In this document: positions 37,661 to 50,621 of the stretch, one piece after another | Layout: each line of letters begins with the position of its first letter | Numbering within the stretch: position 1 is the stretch's first letter | Source: the human T2T-CHM13v2.0 reference genome, Homo sapiens | Reading direction: 5' to 3' (one strand) | DNA length: 64,000 nt | Assembly (NCBI RefSeq): GCF_009914755.1 | Contig: NC_060934.1 | Notes under the pieces: model-generated | The model's input: only the letters and a program-made list of their open reading frames with translations | Told to the model about the DNA's origin: nothing | The model's database searches: none | Made by a program: the position numbers and the translations under genes

Positions 37661-39756
37661 TATCTCTATTTAACTAAAATGGTGAAGATAAAGCCACTTT
37701 TACTAAGTATTTTAGGGCTCTAAAACCAGCCTTCTCTTATTAGTATTTGCCTCCCACCACCATCTATTCTCTGTTTTTTCTGGATGTAAAAAAAAAAGGG
37801 GGGCATCCATAGAGAGATTGCATGTTCCGACAGTGCTTTCAGGTTGGTGTCACTGAGTTCTCCCTACTAGAGTTTGAGCAAACATGATGAGTGCAACTTC
37901 TGTGTCTTTTATTTAAAAGGAAATCCCTGGCTACAGATTTCCACTATTTATTCTCCACTGGCTGGAAAGGCAATGCCAAACAACCTTGGAAAGCATATGT
38001 TGAGAATAACAGGGACTTCCTATTTGCCTGTTTCCCTGGATAACTTCGTGGAGCAGAGTTGGCCAGCTGCCCCGGCACATGAGAAAACAATGACCTTCTA
38101 AGTACTTTAAGCCACTGAATTAGGGGGAATCTCTTAAATAGCTTCTACTGTAATAGATTAATCATAATTTTTTGAGGTAACGTGGTAACTTAGAAGAATA
38201 TGAACATCATTTGACTAGTAGAAACTTAGATTTTGTTAACCACATCAAATTCCTGGGTATATAGATGTCAAACTCTGGGTCCAAGCTCCAACTCCAGAAT
38301 GATTTTATATCTAAGACTTTATACATTCCAAAACTGAAATAACTTCTCAAGTTTCCAGGGTATAAAAGGGTCAAGGTTCAGTCTCTTCCTAAGGCTTTAT
38401 CTCTTCACTAATCTAAGATTTGTAAAAGCAGTGAAGAAACAAGTGAGCATGGATTCTCTTGGAGGGTTGGGTATTGGAGACAAACAATTTAAGGGTGACA
38501 ATGGCAGCAACAAGAAAGCCAGGATCTGACAATTCAAAGTGATAGTTGAGAAGACAGTGCCAGTAAAAGAGGAAGGGGGAATCTCTTCAGGGTTCATCTT
38601 GTGTTTTCAACCCAGGCAACCCAGGAACTACCACCTCTAGACATGAGCCTCATCCTAGCCCCATTCAGCTGAAGTCTCCTTGTTTGCACTATGTCATATC
38701 CTCAGAGTCAGCCTTTCTGTGACTGTCAAGAGTCAATGGCCATTGTAATCTGTATGAATGGGAGAAGATCCTTTCCTTTTATGCACCATTCATTTATCAA
38801 ATAGTTACTGAGTGTGTATTTTATGTCAGGAATATTTAGATATCTGTTTTAAGAGGGGACATGACCAAGAAACCCTGTCCCAGAAATACATGACTAGAAT
38901 GTGCAAGAAGCATAAAACCTAGGTACAAGGAAGGTAAGAAATACAGCAGTAACCAACAGGAACTATGCAGGAGTATGGAGGCACAGCACAAGGCAGGTGT
39001 CTGCGGTCAGTCAGCAGCTTGTATCTACTGTAATAAAGGCACATGATTAATTACACACGGAGACTGTATGTATGTTCCTTCACTTGCTAATTGCAATTAG
39101 CTGCAGAAGCAGTGAACATATTGCTCTTGGTGAATGTCAGGACATTTCACTGGATTTCCCTTGGTTCTCTGTGAAGCCACAATTAACTTCACTAATTATT
39201 CCCTTTACCACATGTGCTTCACTTAATGAAGAACCAAACTAATGAATGCTGATCTTTTTAAAAACTTTTTCTTTCCAAAAGCCAACTTGGCTACCATCCA
39301 ACAATGGCTCCTTAGACAAAATTATGAGTGTCAAATTCATCCAAAGCTGGGAGGAGAGAGGAAGCAATTTTCAGTTTCTAGAATTTTGTTTCTTCAGGGA
39401 GAGAGAGGCTCTCTGCACTCACAGTAAGCCATGTTGCACTTTTGGCTGGATGTGTTTTAGAAGTTAATGTAGCTGGCCAGGCCGTCATCTCTGCGGCAAC
39501 CCATCCTTAGCAACTGGTAGTGGTGGGGAGTTGACACACCATAGATCGCCAGCATGCCAAGGAGTAGGTTAGGAATGCAGGCCCTCTACAAATGAACAAA
39601 AATCCTGCTCTGATGCCAGCAATACACCCATAGTTGAGCAGGGTGCCTTCCTGTCTCTTATGGTATAGATAACATTGATTTAAATGTTTTCCTCCTTGAA
39701 CTTTTATGACTTTTCTTAAGATGGCTGCAAATCTCTTCACCTGCCTCGTTTCCCTC

Positions 39757-39762
<6 letters not shown>

Positions 39763-39795
<33 letters not shown>
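39763..39795. repeat. (TG)n microsatellite
   Basis: About 16 TG units. Confidence 0.95.
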
Positions 39796-39798
<3 letters not shown>

Positions 39799-39943
39799 TG
39801 TCTATGTATGTGTATATATATGTAGCAAATGGCTTGGTGTTTGGGTTCTTATGTCCACATATCTTGCTTTTATCCCACATTATGCTGATTCAGATGTGAA
39901 ACTCAGCACCCTTTATGACTTACATACACATGTGCATGTGTGC

Positions 39944-39946
<3 letters not shown>

Positions 39947-39992
<46 letters not shown>
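39947..39992. repeat. (CA)n microsatellite
   Basis: 23 CA units. Confidence 0.95.
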
Positions 39993-39993
<1 letters not shown>

Positions 39994-40051
39994 TCTTACA
40001 TTCCCAAAGCATTCATGAAAACCAGAATTTGGGAGCAAGAGAGTAGATGGA

Positions 40052-40461
40052 TATATTAGTTCATTTGCACATTACTATAAAGAAATACCTGAGACTGGGT
40101 AATTTATAAGAAAAGTTTAATGGGCTCATGGCTCTGTAGGCTATACAGGAAGCATAGCAGCATCTGCTTCTAGGGAGGCCTCAGGAAGCCTCCAATCATG
40201 GCAGAAGGCAAAGAGGGAGCAGGTAAGTCACATAGTGAAAGCAGGAGCAAGAGAGTGAATGGGGAGGCGCTACATACTTTTAAAGGACTAGATCTCATGA
40301 TAACTCACTATTGCGAGGATGGTACCAAGAGGGATGATACTAAACCATTCATGAGGAACCCACCCCATGATCCAGTCACCTCCCACCAAGCACCACCCCC
40401 AGCATTGAGGAATACATTTCAATATGAGGTTTAGGTGGTGACGTACATCCAAATTGTATCA
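40052..40461 (-). mobile_element. MSTA solo LTR (ERVL-MaLR)
   Basis: tatattagttc...aagaaatacctgagactgggtaatttataa...atccaaattgtatca; perfect TSD ATGGA at 40047-40051 and 40462-40466. Confidence 0.88.
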
Positions 40462-41166
40462 ATGGATTCATAACACATCATCCCAAACCAGCTCAAATGG
40501 AACTGTTGGCATCGCTACCTTAAGAAATCCTTCAGACTCCTCACTCCATGGTGCTCTTTATCCCATTGAGTTTCAACTGGGTCCACCTTGTAAGGAACAG
40601 CATATTTCCTTCTTTTTCTTCTGCAAAGCAATTTAATAATTCTCCTCCGAAACCTTGGTGATTCTGCACCTCAAGTGTATTCATCATTCCCCCCCACCCC
40701 ACCCAGAGACAAGGAGGAAGAGAGAGAGGCAAGAGAACATTCTCTTCTTCAGAAATTCTTGTGCCAGTTGCTAGGACAATACTTCATTTAATCATTACTG
40801 CAGTGTATCCTCCTATTATTTAAAATCCCTGGAGCCCCAGAGAGTCTTCCAATACACCACCACCTCTGTTGAGTGTTGCGATAGCCTTGTGAGCCAGGCT
40901 GGGTAGCCACATTTTACAGATAAGGAAACTGAGCATTCAGATGATGAATACCCAAATGTGCATAGCTTATTTTTGGTGAAGTGTTCTTTCTCCCTTGTCT
41001 TGCTCTCAGATGGCTGTTTCTTGGGGGTGTTGGAGAGATCAGAAAGTGGTGACCCATCTAACTGGCCCCTTCTCTCCCTTGTTTTCCATCTTGCCTTGAA
41101 GCAATGCTCTGAAATATGATTTGTGAAGCAGAATGTGAAAGAAGCCAGCCTGCATTGGGTTATTTG

Positions 41167-41381
41167 CAATGCTTCTCAATCTTGACCCTATGGAAATTTT
41201 GTTGCCAGATGATTCTTTGTTATAGAAGCAGGAGGGTGTCGTATATGCCATGTAGATGTTTAGCAATATCCCTGGCCCCTACCCACTAGATGCCAGTATA
41301 ACCCCTGCTCCCAACTCCATAGTTGTGACCATCAAAAATTTCTCTAGATTTTGCAAATGTCCCCTTGGTTGAGAGCCACTG
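41167..41381 (-). mobile_element. MER20 MITE
   Basis: gcttctcaatcttg...gatgtttagcaatatccctggcccctacccactagatgccag...caaatgtcccc...ttgagagccactg. Confidence 0.85.
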
Positions 41382-42239
41382 GATTATTGTTACACACTCA
41401 TTGTGATGACTGTTTACTATCTTTATGACTTGGACTGTGGATAGTCAGTTATGTTGAACATCTCAGAAATGAGATGCCAACCATGTCCAGCATAGAGAGA
41501 AAAAAGGAAAGTTGGAATTTTGTGTTTCCTTTTCACTGGAAAGAGGTGACATGCTTTCACTTTGGTGGGGCAAGTAAAGAGAAATACAATGACTCTTTCC
41601 CATGGCATGCGCTGTTCTGATGGGTTATTGCTGCTGATAGCCCTTGTTTTTATAACGAATAGCCAAAGCAATGTCAAGCACCACCAGTCAGTCCCTTGGG
41701 GGAAAGTCGGGGCATTTGAATAGCATACCACTGTGAAGGCATAAATTGTTGAAAGAGCAAATGTAAGCTGGACAGATTTGTAAATGTGGCAGACAGTAAT
41801 CCTGGTATTTCATGTTAATTGTTCTTCCCAGGCAGGAGGCCTCCTGTGATTTACATTCTGGAGCAGGATGGGGGACTGAGCCAGATAGCTCTTACCTCCA
41901 AAGAAGACCAGTGGGGATGTGACAGCTGCCTAGCAAATGAAAGGGGAAGAAGGGTGCTTTGCTGCCTTAGAAGCTCTCATTTATTCTAGAGCACTGGGGT
42001 GCTGTCACATGCCCTAGGGGAGGCCAGGGAGAAGAGAAGAGAGTGGATAGCTGAAGGAGGACTGAAGAATAGGTGGCAAAATCCCTTCCCATCCAAGTGC
42101 TCAAGAACAACTTGCAGGCAAAGAGCAGGGAAGTCACCAGATAAGCACTTGAGGTTTGGCTTCCCTGGCTCTTCCTGTAGCTGGGACTTGGCCATACCTA
42201 GTGAGGACAGGATTAGGAATTAGGGAATTCAGAAAGTTA

Positions 42240-43772
42240 TTTTTTTCTTTCTTAACTTTTATTTTAGGTTCAGGATACATGTGCAGGTTTGTTGTAGGGG
42301 TAAATTGCATATCACTGGGTTTTAGTGTACACATGATTTTATCACCCAGGTAGTGAGCATGTTACTTGATAGGTAGTTTTTTGATCCTTGCCCTCCTCCT
42401 ACCACCCACCCTCAAGTAGGCCCTGGCATCTATTGTACCTCTCTTGGTGTCCATGTGTACTCAATATTCAGCTCCTACTTATAAGTGAGAACATGAAGTG
42501 TTTGGTTTTCTGTTCCTGCGTGACCTCCAGCTGCATCCATGTTGGTGCAAAGGACATGATTTCATTCTTTTTTTTATGTCTGTGTAGTATTTTATGGTGT
42601 ATATGTATCACATTTTCTTTATCTAGTTTATCACTGATGGACATCTAGGTTGATTTCATGTCTTTGCTATTGTGAACAGTGCTGCAGTGGACATACAAGT
42701 GCATGTGTGTCTTTTTGGTAGAATGATTTATATTCCTTCGGATATATACCCAGTAATAGGATTGCTGGGTCGAGTGGTCATTCTATTTTCAATATTTTGA
42801 GGACTCTCCAACCTGCTTTCTACAGTAGCTGAGCTAATTTACATTCCCAACAGCAGTATATAAACATTCCCTTTTCTCTGCAACCCCACCAGTATCTGTT
42901 ATATTCTGACTTTTCAATAATAGGGATTCTGATTGATGTGAGAGAAACAATGAAAAAAGAAAACTTCAGGTCAATATCTCTGATGAACATAGACACAAAA
43001 ATCCTCAAAAAAATACTAATAAATCCAGCAGCACTTCAAAAAGCTAATCCACCATAATCAAGTAGGCTTTATTCCTAGGATGCAAGGTTGGTTCAACATA
43101 TGCAAATAAATAAATGTCACTCGTCACATAACAGAACTAAAAAACCATATGATCATCTCAATAAAGGCGGAAAAGGCCTTTGATAAAATTCAACATCCCT
43201 TCATGTTAAAACCCCTCAACAAACTAAGCACTGAAGAAACATACGTAGAAATCATAAGAGCCATTGATGACAAACCCACAATCAACATCAAAGTGAATGG
43301 GCAAAAGCAGGAACCATTTCCCCTGAGACCCAGAATAAGACAAGGATGCTGACTCTCACCACTTCTGTTTGACATAGTACTGAAAGTCCTAGCCAGAGCA
43401 ATCAGGCAAGAGAAAGAAATAAAAGGCAACCAGATAGAAAGGGAGGAAGTCAAACCTATCTCTTTTTGTAGATGATATGATTCTATACCTAGAAAATCCC
43501 ATAGTCTCTGCCCAAAGACTCCTAGAATGGACAAACAACTTCAGTAAAGTTTCAGGATACAAAATAAATGTAAAAAATTATCAGTAGCGTTTCTATACAT
43601 CAAAAATTCCCAAGCTGAGAGCCAAATTAAGAATGCAATTCCATTCACAATAGCCACACAAAGAATAAAATATCTAGAAATAAAGCTAAGTAAGGGTGGG
43701 GAGAGGTAAAATGTCTCTACAATGAGAATTATAAAACACTTCTCAAAGAAATCAGGACACAAATGGAAAAAC
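42240..43772 (-). mobile_element. L1PA15/16-like insertion with 5' inversion (minus 3' end 42240-42943, plus ORF2 42944-43772)
   Basis: PolyT plus ttaacttttattttaggttcagg 3' end; switch to plus-strand ORF2 ([19 protein letters not shown] frame at 43149). Confidence 0.9.
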
Positions 43773-44189
43773 AGGGCTTTTATACAGAACAGGGAAACTT
43801 TTGATCCGTAAAGAGTGCGATTTTTACCCTTGCTTAGCTGGTACATCTAAGGGATAGTTGTGAAGAGGAAACAGGAAAAGATTGGTTGTCTCCCAAGTTA
43901 TAGGTTCCTTTGTCTTTGTTTCAGTCTTCCTTGGGGCACTTTGTCCAGAAGCTATTCCTCCTTTCTCTAAACCACAGGGATGAGATAATCCGCTTCTGCC
44001 CTTAGTGGGGCTCTGTCACTGGGTTACCTTTAAACTTAAGCAGAGAGGGACATGGTCAGAGGAGGCCCTGGCAGACAGTCATAGAAGGTAGGAAAAGAAG
44101 TTTATGTGTGGACAGGATTGGGCCAAGGAGCCATCAGTGTCAGCAGGACCCTTGGAGAAGCTGTAGCGTTGACAAGGCAAGGTTAGCTC

Positions 44190-44775
44190 ATTAGGCAGTT
44201 TTGTGTCAGCTTGGCAAAAGCTAGAGCTATTTTCAGAAATCTCATCACTGTAGGGTTCTGGGTCAGAGTGGAACCAAAGATGGAAGCAAAGAGGACTTTG
44301 TGTGGATTTAGAAGATGGCAGTGAAACAGCTGCCATTCCTTGTGGAAAGTCATCATGGCCATCTGTAGTGACAGAGGGACCCTTGTGCTCATGGGTCGTG
44401 GCTTGGCCGTGCTGTCTTTCTCCCTGCTCGGCTCATCTTGCTGATGGCCAGCCCCTCTCATTGGTAGTGCCCCAGGTCCACAACCAGCCACTTGGTGTTG
44501 ACCCCCAAAGGCAGCAGCTGCACAGACTTCTCTATGAGCTTCTCCTTTGAGGCCTTTGAGCCACGCATCCTTGGCCTCTTGAACTCCCCTGTCAGCTCCA
44601 ACTTGTTCACCTGCGTGAGGTAGACTAGGCAGGCTGGTTAGTAGCCATCACTTTGATTCTCTGAGTTCACTTTCCCAGCTCCTCCCATAGCTGCATAAGG
44701 CCTAATTCTGTTAAAAAGACCTTTTCTTTTGCATACTATGCAGAGTATTTTGTTTTCCCACTTGAGCCTGACTGG
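44190..44775 (+). mobile_element. LTR50-like ERVL LTR
   Basis: ttttgtgtcagcttggcaaaagctagagctatt...ggttctgggtcagagt...gcagtgaaacagctgcca resembles my recall of the LTR50 5' end. Confidence 0.5.
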
Positions 44776-44911
44776 CCCAATGGAGATGGCTCCTCAGTAG
44801 TTTGGTTCCCTGTTTGTTAGAATCAAATCTCATGTGGTCCAAGGAGAATAGGCTGCCTTAAAACTGGATATTGAGCAGCCCAGAAAAGAGTTCTGGAGAG
44901 TGAATGATCCC

Positions 44912-45330
44912 AGCATTCACTCATTCACTCACTCATTCCTTCACTCTTCAATTAATAGGAATTATTTCAATTAATAGGCTGTGCCAGGGAATGTACTAGA
45001 AATACAATTAATTGGTGACTAAAACAGACATGGCTATCTTCTTCAGAGAGTTTAGAGCTTAAAGCAGAGGATGGGAAGATAACAAGTAATAAACATGATT
45101 ATAAATTATTTTTATCCCATGGCACTTATCAGAAACATAACGTAATAGAGAATAGTGTGGGTGAGGATGAGACCCCTTTAAATTGGGGTGCTGTAGAAGG
45201 CCCCTCTTAGGAGCTGATGTTTAAGGGAATGCTTGAAGGGTGAGATGAATTCAGCTGCAGGAAGTGCTGATTCCAGGCTGATCAAACAGTGTGTGAGAAG
45301 GCCCTAAGGTACGGCAGATACATCACAGCA
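44912..45330 (-). mobile_element. L2 LINE 3' fragment
   Basis: cattcactcattcactc tail, tgtgccaggg, aaaacagacatgg, gaaggcccctct...gaggagctgatgtttaag. Confidence 0.7.
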
Positions 45331-46094
45331 CACAGATGGAGAGCAGCAGGGATTTTTCTTGTGCAATGGTGACAAGCTCTTTCACTGGAAAAATAACAGC
45401 TTCCAGCCAAAATAGAGTAGGACCCAAGAACCCCAGAACTCCTGAAGCCAATTAGTATAGGACCACATGAAAGCAGAAAACAGACATAGAAGTCAGAGGA
45501 GGCAATACTCAGGAAGAGAGGGTCAGGATTGTGTATAGGACCAGAGCTGTTGCTGGTGCATATACTGCCATTGTGCAAAGCAAAATAGATGCCCTTTCCT
45601 CTAAGCAGTCGAAGCCTGAAGCCAACATTATTGGCTTACAGGTGAAGCCTGGGCTGAATTTCGGCTCCTACTAAGCACAGTCTAGCCTGCATTTTCATAT
45701 GCAGTGCCTGGATCAGAACTAGGAGATTATGTTAGGCATGAAGCTGCCTGAGACCAGAGGAGTTTCTGAATGTCTTGCTAAGGAGAGATTTTGTGAGTGA
45801 ATATACTGCATCTAGTTATGTGAAGGGCAGCTAGCTGTTGGTGAACCTAAGCTAACTTAAGTCAATTGGCGCTTCTGATCTGTTATTGTTCATCTTCACT
45901 TCTTTGGTTATTTTAAGGGTTTTTTTGGTTGCTATTAACCAGGTGTGCAAAAACAAGATAATCCCCCTGGCCATCACCTCAGGATCTGGGTGCCAGGCCT
46001 CAAGGGGTGCACAGGTTACACAGCTGGGGCTATCTGAGGTTTGAGTGTAGCTGTCAGTTTTCTGTAGTGGAGAAGAGAGGGAAAGGGGAAGGAC

Positions 46095-46300
46095 TCACAT
46101 TTACTGAACTCTCACTGCATGTCAGGTTGTGCTGGATACTTTACCTACATTTGTCATTTAACTCATGTAACCATCCGTGAGACAGGTGCTTGCAACCCTA
46201 TTCTACCTAGAAAGACTCTGAAGGTCAGATAAATGAAGTGACCTACCCAGAATCTCCAACAGTAAGTGCTAGAATGGGGTGTGGTCCCAGGTCTGTGGGT
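46095..46300 (-). mobile_element. MIR SINE
   Basis: cacatttactgaac...tcatttaactc...aagtgacctacccag. Confidence 0.65.
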
Positions 46301-47046
46301 GTGGTCCCAGGTCATCAGGAGCCTGTGTGAGGAAATGAAAAGCACGTGCCTTTGAAGTTGCTGTCACTGATGCAGTTTTGAAATAGACTCAGATGGTGGC
46401 CTTGGGCATTGGCTAGATTCCTTTTGCCACCTGTGCCAATGAAGTACCTGTCTTTATTTTTCTGGGATGAGTAATCCTGCACTGGAAATTGAGAGGGATT
46501 TTCTGCTGCAAGTAGCCTTCGTCTGTTCTCCCGTGAGTAGATCAATCCAACCGTTCATCGTCAGGGGTCTCTGATGTGCTCTGAGGACATGGTTGCCTGT
46601 CGGGCAGCTGAGCCATGTAGGAATCCTAGTGTCACCTTGGGAACAATTCCTGGAGCTTCTCAATATAACATTTCCAATTGACATTGAACCTGGGCTTTGT
46701 ATACCTGGCCTGAGACTAAATTCAGCTTCTTGGCTTTCCTGAGGAGAAAAGGGAGGCCATGTCTCTGAGCAGAAAATTCATCTTTGAGCAGGAAAGGCCC
46801 AGCCCTGCTGGATCCTCACCCTCTAGACTGTCAAGAGGAGAAGAGATACCTGTCTACAGTACACACATACAGAACCCTCCAAGACAGAGGGCCCCCTCCC
46901 TGAGCAGGCCCAGAGCTGGCATTTTGACTTTATGTTGGTTTTGATTGCTTTATCAAGCTGTGACAAAGAGTCTCTAGGGCAAGAATCTGAAAGTAGGGTT
47001 TCCTTGGTTCCAGGCAAACAAACTCAAGTCTGAGAAGTAAAATGTC

Positions 47047-47068
47047 AGAGAGAGAGAGAGAGAGAGAG

Positions 47069-47112
<44 letters not shown>
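47047..47112. repeat. Compound (AG)13(TG)20 microsatellite
   Basis: Direct reading of the sequence. Confidence 0.95.
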
Positions 47113-47115
<3 letters not shown>

Positions 47116-47809
47116 ATGACAGTGGTGCATCCATGCAGGAGAGAACCATCTATATTTGATTTAAAAGAAGTCTGGCATTGGTACAAATCAAACACCCATA
47201 GGTTTCTTGTCCTTAATAATAATGCCTACCAGAGATCGGAAGCTTTAAAAGGCTGCCCAAGTTGTGAAGAGCCATGCTCTGTTTCTCATGGCTGCATATA
47301 GATGAGGCCAGGGATTCTCACTTTTCTTCTTCCTTTCCTAAGGTTTTGAAACAATGTCTACCTGTTGAGTGCCAGCTCCTCAGAGAGATCTTAAGCTGAA
47401 AGCAAGTATTCAGGCATGAGGAGAGCCTCATTTGGCCGGTCACTTGAAGTGATGAGCTATGTGACCCAGGGAGAGTGTTGAGTCAGGTTACTGCCTTTTG
47501 GTGAATTGAAAACATGGCAGCAGAGAAGGAGTGATTAACACAAGTTATAGCAGGTTGGCAGGTACAGAGGAAGAGTCTGACTTGGGAGAAAAAACTGAAA
47601 AGTTGATTTTATCTTAGTTATAATTGCTTATGGACATGGCAAAGCTTTTGCCTGGCACCTAATCAATGTTAGCAACCTTCTGCCTTCCTCCAAATTCTTC
47701 ATCAGCTTGATGCTACTGACTCACAGAAACCTCTCCTTGCTACCTAAAATACCGGGGTTCCTCTACCTGTTTCTTTTCTTAACTCCTTGCTCCATTCCCT
47801 CCAAAGAGT

Positions 47810-48980
47810 ATTGGTCACAGTGATAGAATCCAACTCAAACTAAACTGCTCAGTGAAGGGAACCCAAATCATGTAACTAGGAAATTCAGGGATGATTGGAT
47901 TTAGAATTTAAGATAGCTCCATATCTACATCCCATTGGCTCCACAATCCTAGTGGAGTCCTCCTTCTCAATATTATAGCACCCATACCTGATGCCCTTGG
48001 CTCTGAACAGCCTGGCTTAGGTGACGTATATGCCTGGAGCCATAAATAATCACTGTGGCCAGAAGAAGATGTTGATTAAGAGTCAAACTCTGTAAAATAT
48101 TTGAAGAGATTTATTCTGAGCCAAATGTGAGTGACCACGGCCTGTGACACAGCCCTCAGGAGGTCCTGAGAACATGTGCCCAACGTGGTCAGGGTACAGC
48201 TTGCTTTTATATGTTTCAGGGAGGCATGAGATATCAAATACATTTAAGAAGTACATTGGTTTGGTTCAGAAAGGCAGGACAGCTCAAAGCGGGGCTTCCG
48301 GGCTATAAGTAAATTTAAACATTTTCTGGTTGACAATTGGTTGAGTTTATCTGAAGAACTGGGATAAAGAGAAAGGATATGTTCAGGTTAAGATAAAGGA
48401 TTGTGGAGACCAAGTTTTATTGTACAGGAGAAGCTCTCAGATAGCAGACTTCAGAGAGAGCAGGTTGTAAAATGTTTCTTACCAGACTTAAAAGGGTGCC
48501 TGGCTCTTAGTTGATTATCTCCTGCATCTGGAAATGAAGGAAGGAAAAAAAAGTGGGGGGAAGGGGGATTCTCTATAGAAGGTGGATTTTTCCCAACAAG
48601 GGATGCCTTTTAGGGTCATTTCAAGATAATGACAGAGAAACATGTTTTGGGGTAAAATAATTTTATTTACTTTCTTTTATGCCAGAGTCAGATTGGAAAG
48701 TAAGTCATGATATACAGGGTTAAATAAAAAACATCTGATGAGAATTTGTGGTTTGTAGGACATGACTCCTCAGACCCCTTAGATAGGGATTTGGGCAAGA
48801 TAAAAAAAAAAATCAGAGCTTAGTCCTCAAAGCTAAACTCTTTTTGACCAATCCTGGGCTTTCTGCCTACTCCTAGAATCTGAGAATAGAAGCCTCCCCA
48901 AATGACAGGGACTGAGAATGGGAGAGGAATGCAATTATCCAAAGGAAAAATTGATTTCAGGCAAAGGAAAACAGTAAATA
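47810..48980 (-). mobile_element. MLT1J-like MaLR remnant split by MER4E
   Basis: gatagaatccaactcaaact...catgtaactaggaaattcaggg...aatcactgtggccag, continuing after MER4E with ggactgagaatggga...ccaaaggaaaaatt. Confidence 0.5.
48070..48829 (-). mobile_element. MER4E-type ERV1 solo LTR
   Basis: Reverse complement starts TGAGGACTAAGCTCTGATTTTT...TATCTTGCCCAAAT; 4-bp TSD aaga/aagc with one mismatch. Confidence 0.88.
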
Positions 48981-50153
48981 TTTACTACAATATCATTTTC
49001 TTAACAATTTATCTTATATTAAAAAAACAGACAAAAATGTCTATGACCTCCAACAAGTCTATAAGTTCCATGGAGGTACAGAGTTTGTCCATTTTGTTCA
49101 CCAATAGACCGTTAGTGTCTCTCACGGTGTGTGACACATGGTAAATATTTAATAAACATCAGCTGGATATGTGGATGCATGAATGCATGCATGCTTGGGA
49201 ACTTGGTATCCCTTGTCTGGTCTTAGAAGAGCACAATGATGAGCCTTATACAAAGAGGAGAAAGAGAAGGATCAATCAAGTTTGTCACTTCTTTAAAGAT
49301 TCTTTTGTAATTTTAAATTTTTGATGGATTTTCTTGGCTTGTATCCTTATATGTTTAGAAGACTGGAATGTTCTTAAAGAGGCTCTTCAAAACAAGACTC
49401 TAGCTGAAAAACAGGAGACACCTGCCTACCTTTATTTTCATCTCTGCACATCTCTGGTTACTAGGGCTTCTTACACGTGTACTTCCCCTGCTCTCTCACT
49501 CCTTGGTAACTGTCTCTAGGGATTCTGTCCTTTCCAGCACAAAGGCCTGTAGGGAGGGGTGCAGTTAACAAAAATACCTCCTGTTGGCCCAGAAGGAAGC
49601 CCATAGGATCTTTTCTGATCAATGTAGGGGAGAGATGAGGTGTAACAAACTAATGAACCTGAGATATTCCAGACTTTTCCATGCTCTCAGACACGTGGTC
49701 TCTGAGCTGCACTTTTCAGGTTTTGAGAAGCTAAATGGCAATCAGAGTGTGCTCCACACTCCAGAAGTGGCTTCCTCGGGAATGCGAGTAAACTCATCTC
49801 CTCCTTCTGACTCTTCCTCTAAAAGAGCCCCTCTGCTCAGTCTGAAACCTCAATTAAGATGGTTTACTGGATGCTTTCTTGACCTCAGTGGGCATATATA
49901 TACCAAAGATCTTTCCACCAGGGTGACATTTTCCCACTGAGCCTCTCCACATGTAGAATAGAAGGTTCTGATTTAGGGGTTACTTCCCAGAAACTCCACA
50001 TCCTCTCTCATAACACTCTTCTGTGTCTGCCAATCCTCATGGTCCTCAAGATATTCTTGAGGTCCTGCCTCAATTTTTCTTGCTCTCTGTTGACCTCATG
50101 TCCTCCCTTCCCATTGGAAATGGAGACACAAGCTGACAATAATGCTTCATTAG

Positions 50154-50475
<322 letters not shown>

Positions 50476-50621
50476 TGGTACGCAGATCTTAAAACCTTCC
50501 CTTTCCTCTAGATCTTTAGGTCTGATTCTGGGAACTATTTCACAGAAGAACTACAGTTTTTAATAGAGTAGTAAGGGAAGACTTCATGAGTAATTCACAT
50601 TTGTACCAAGATTTGAAGACG

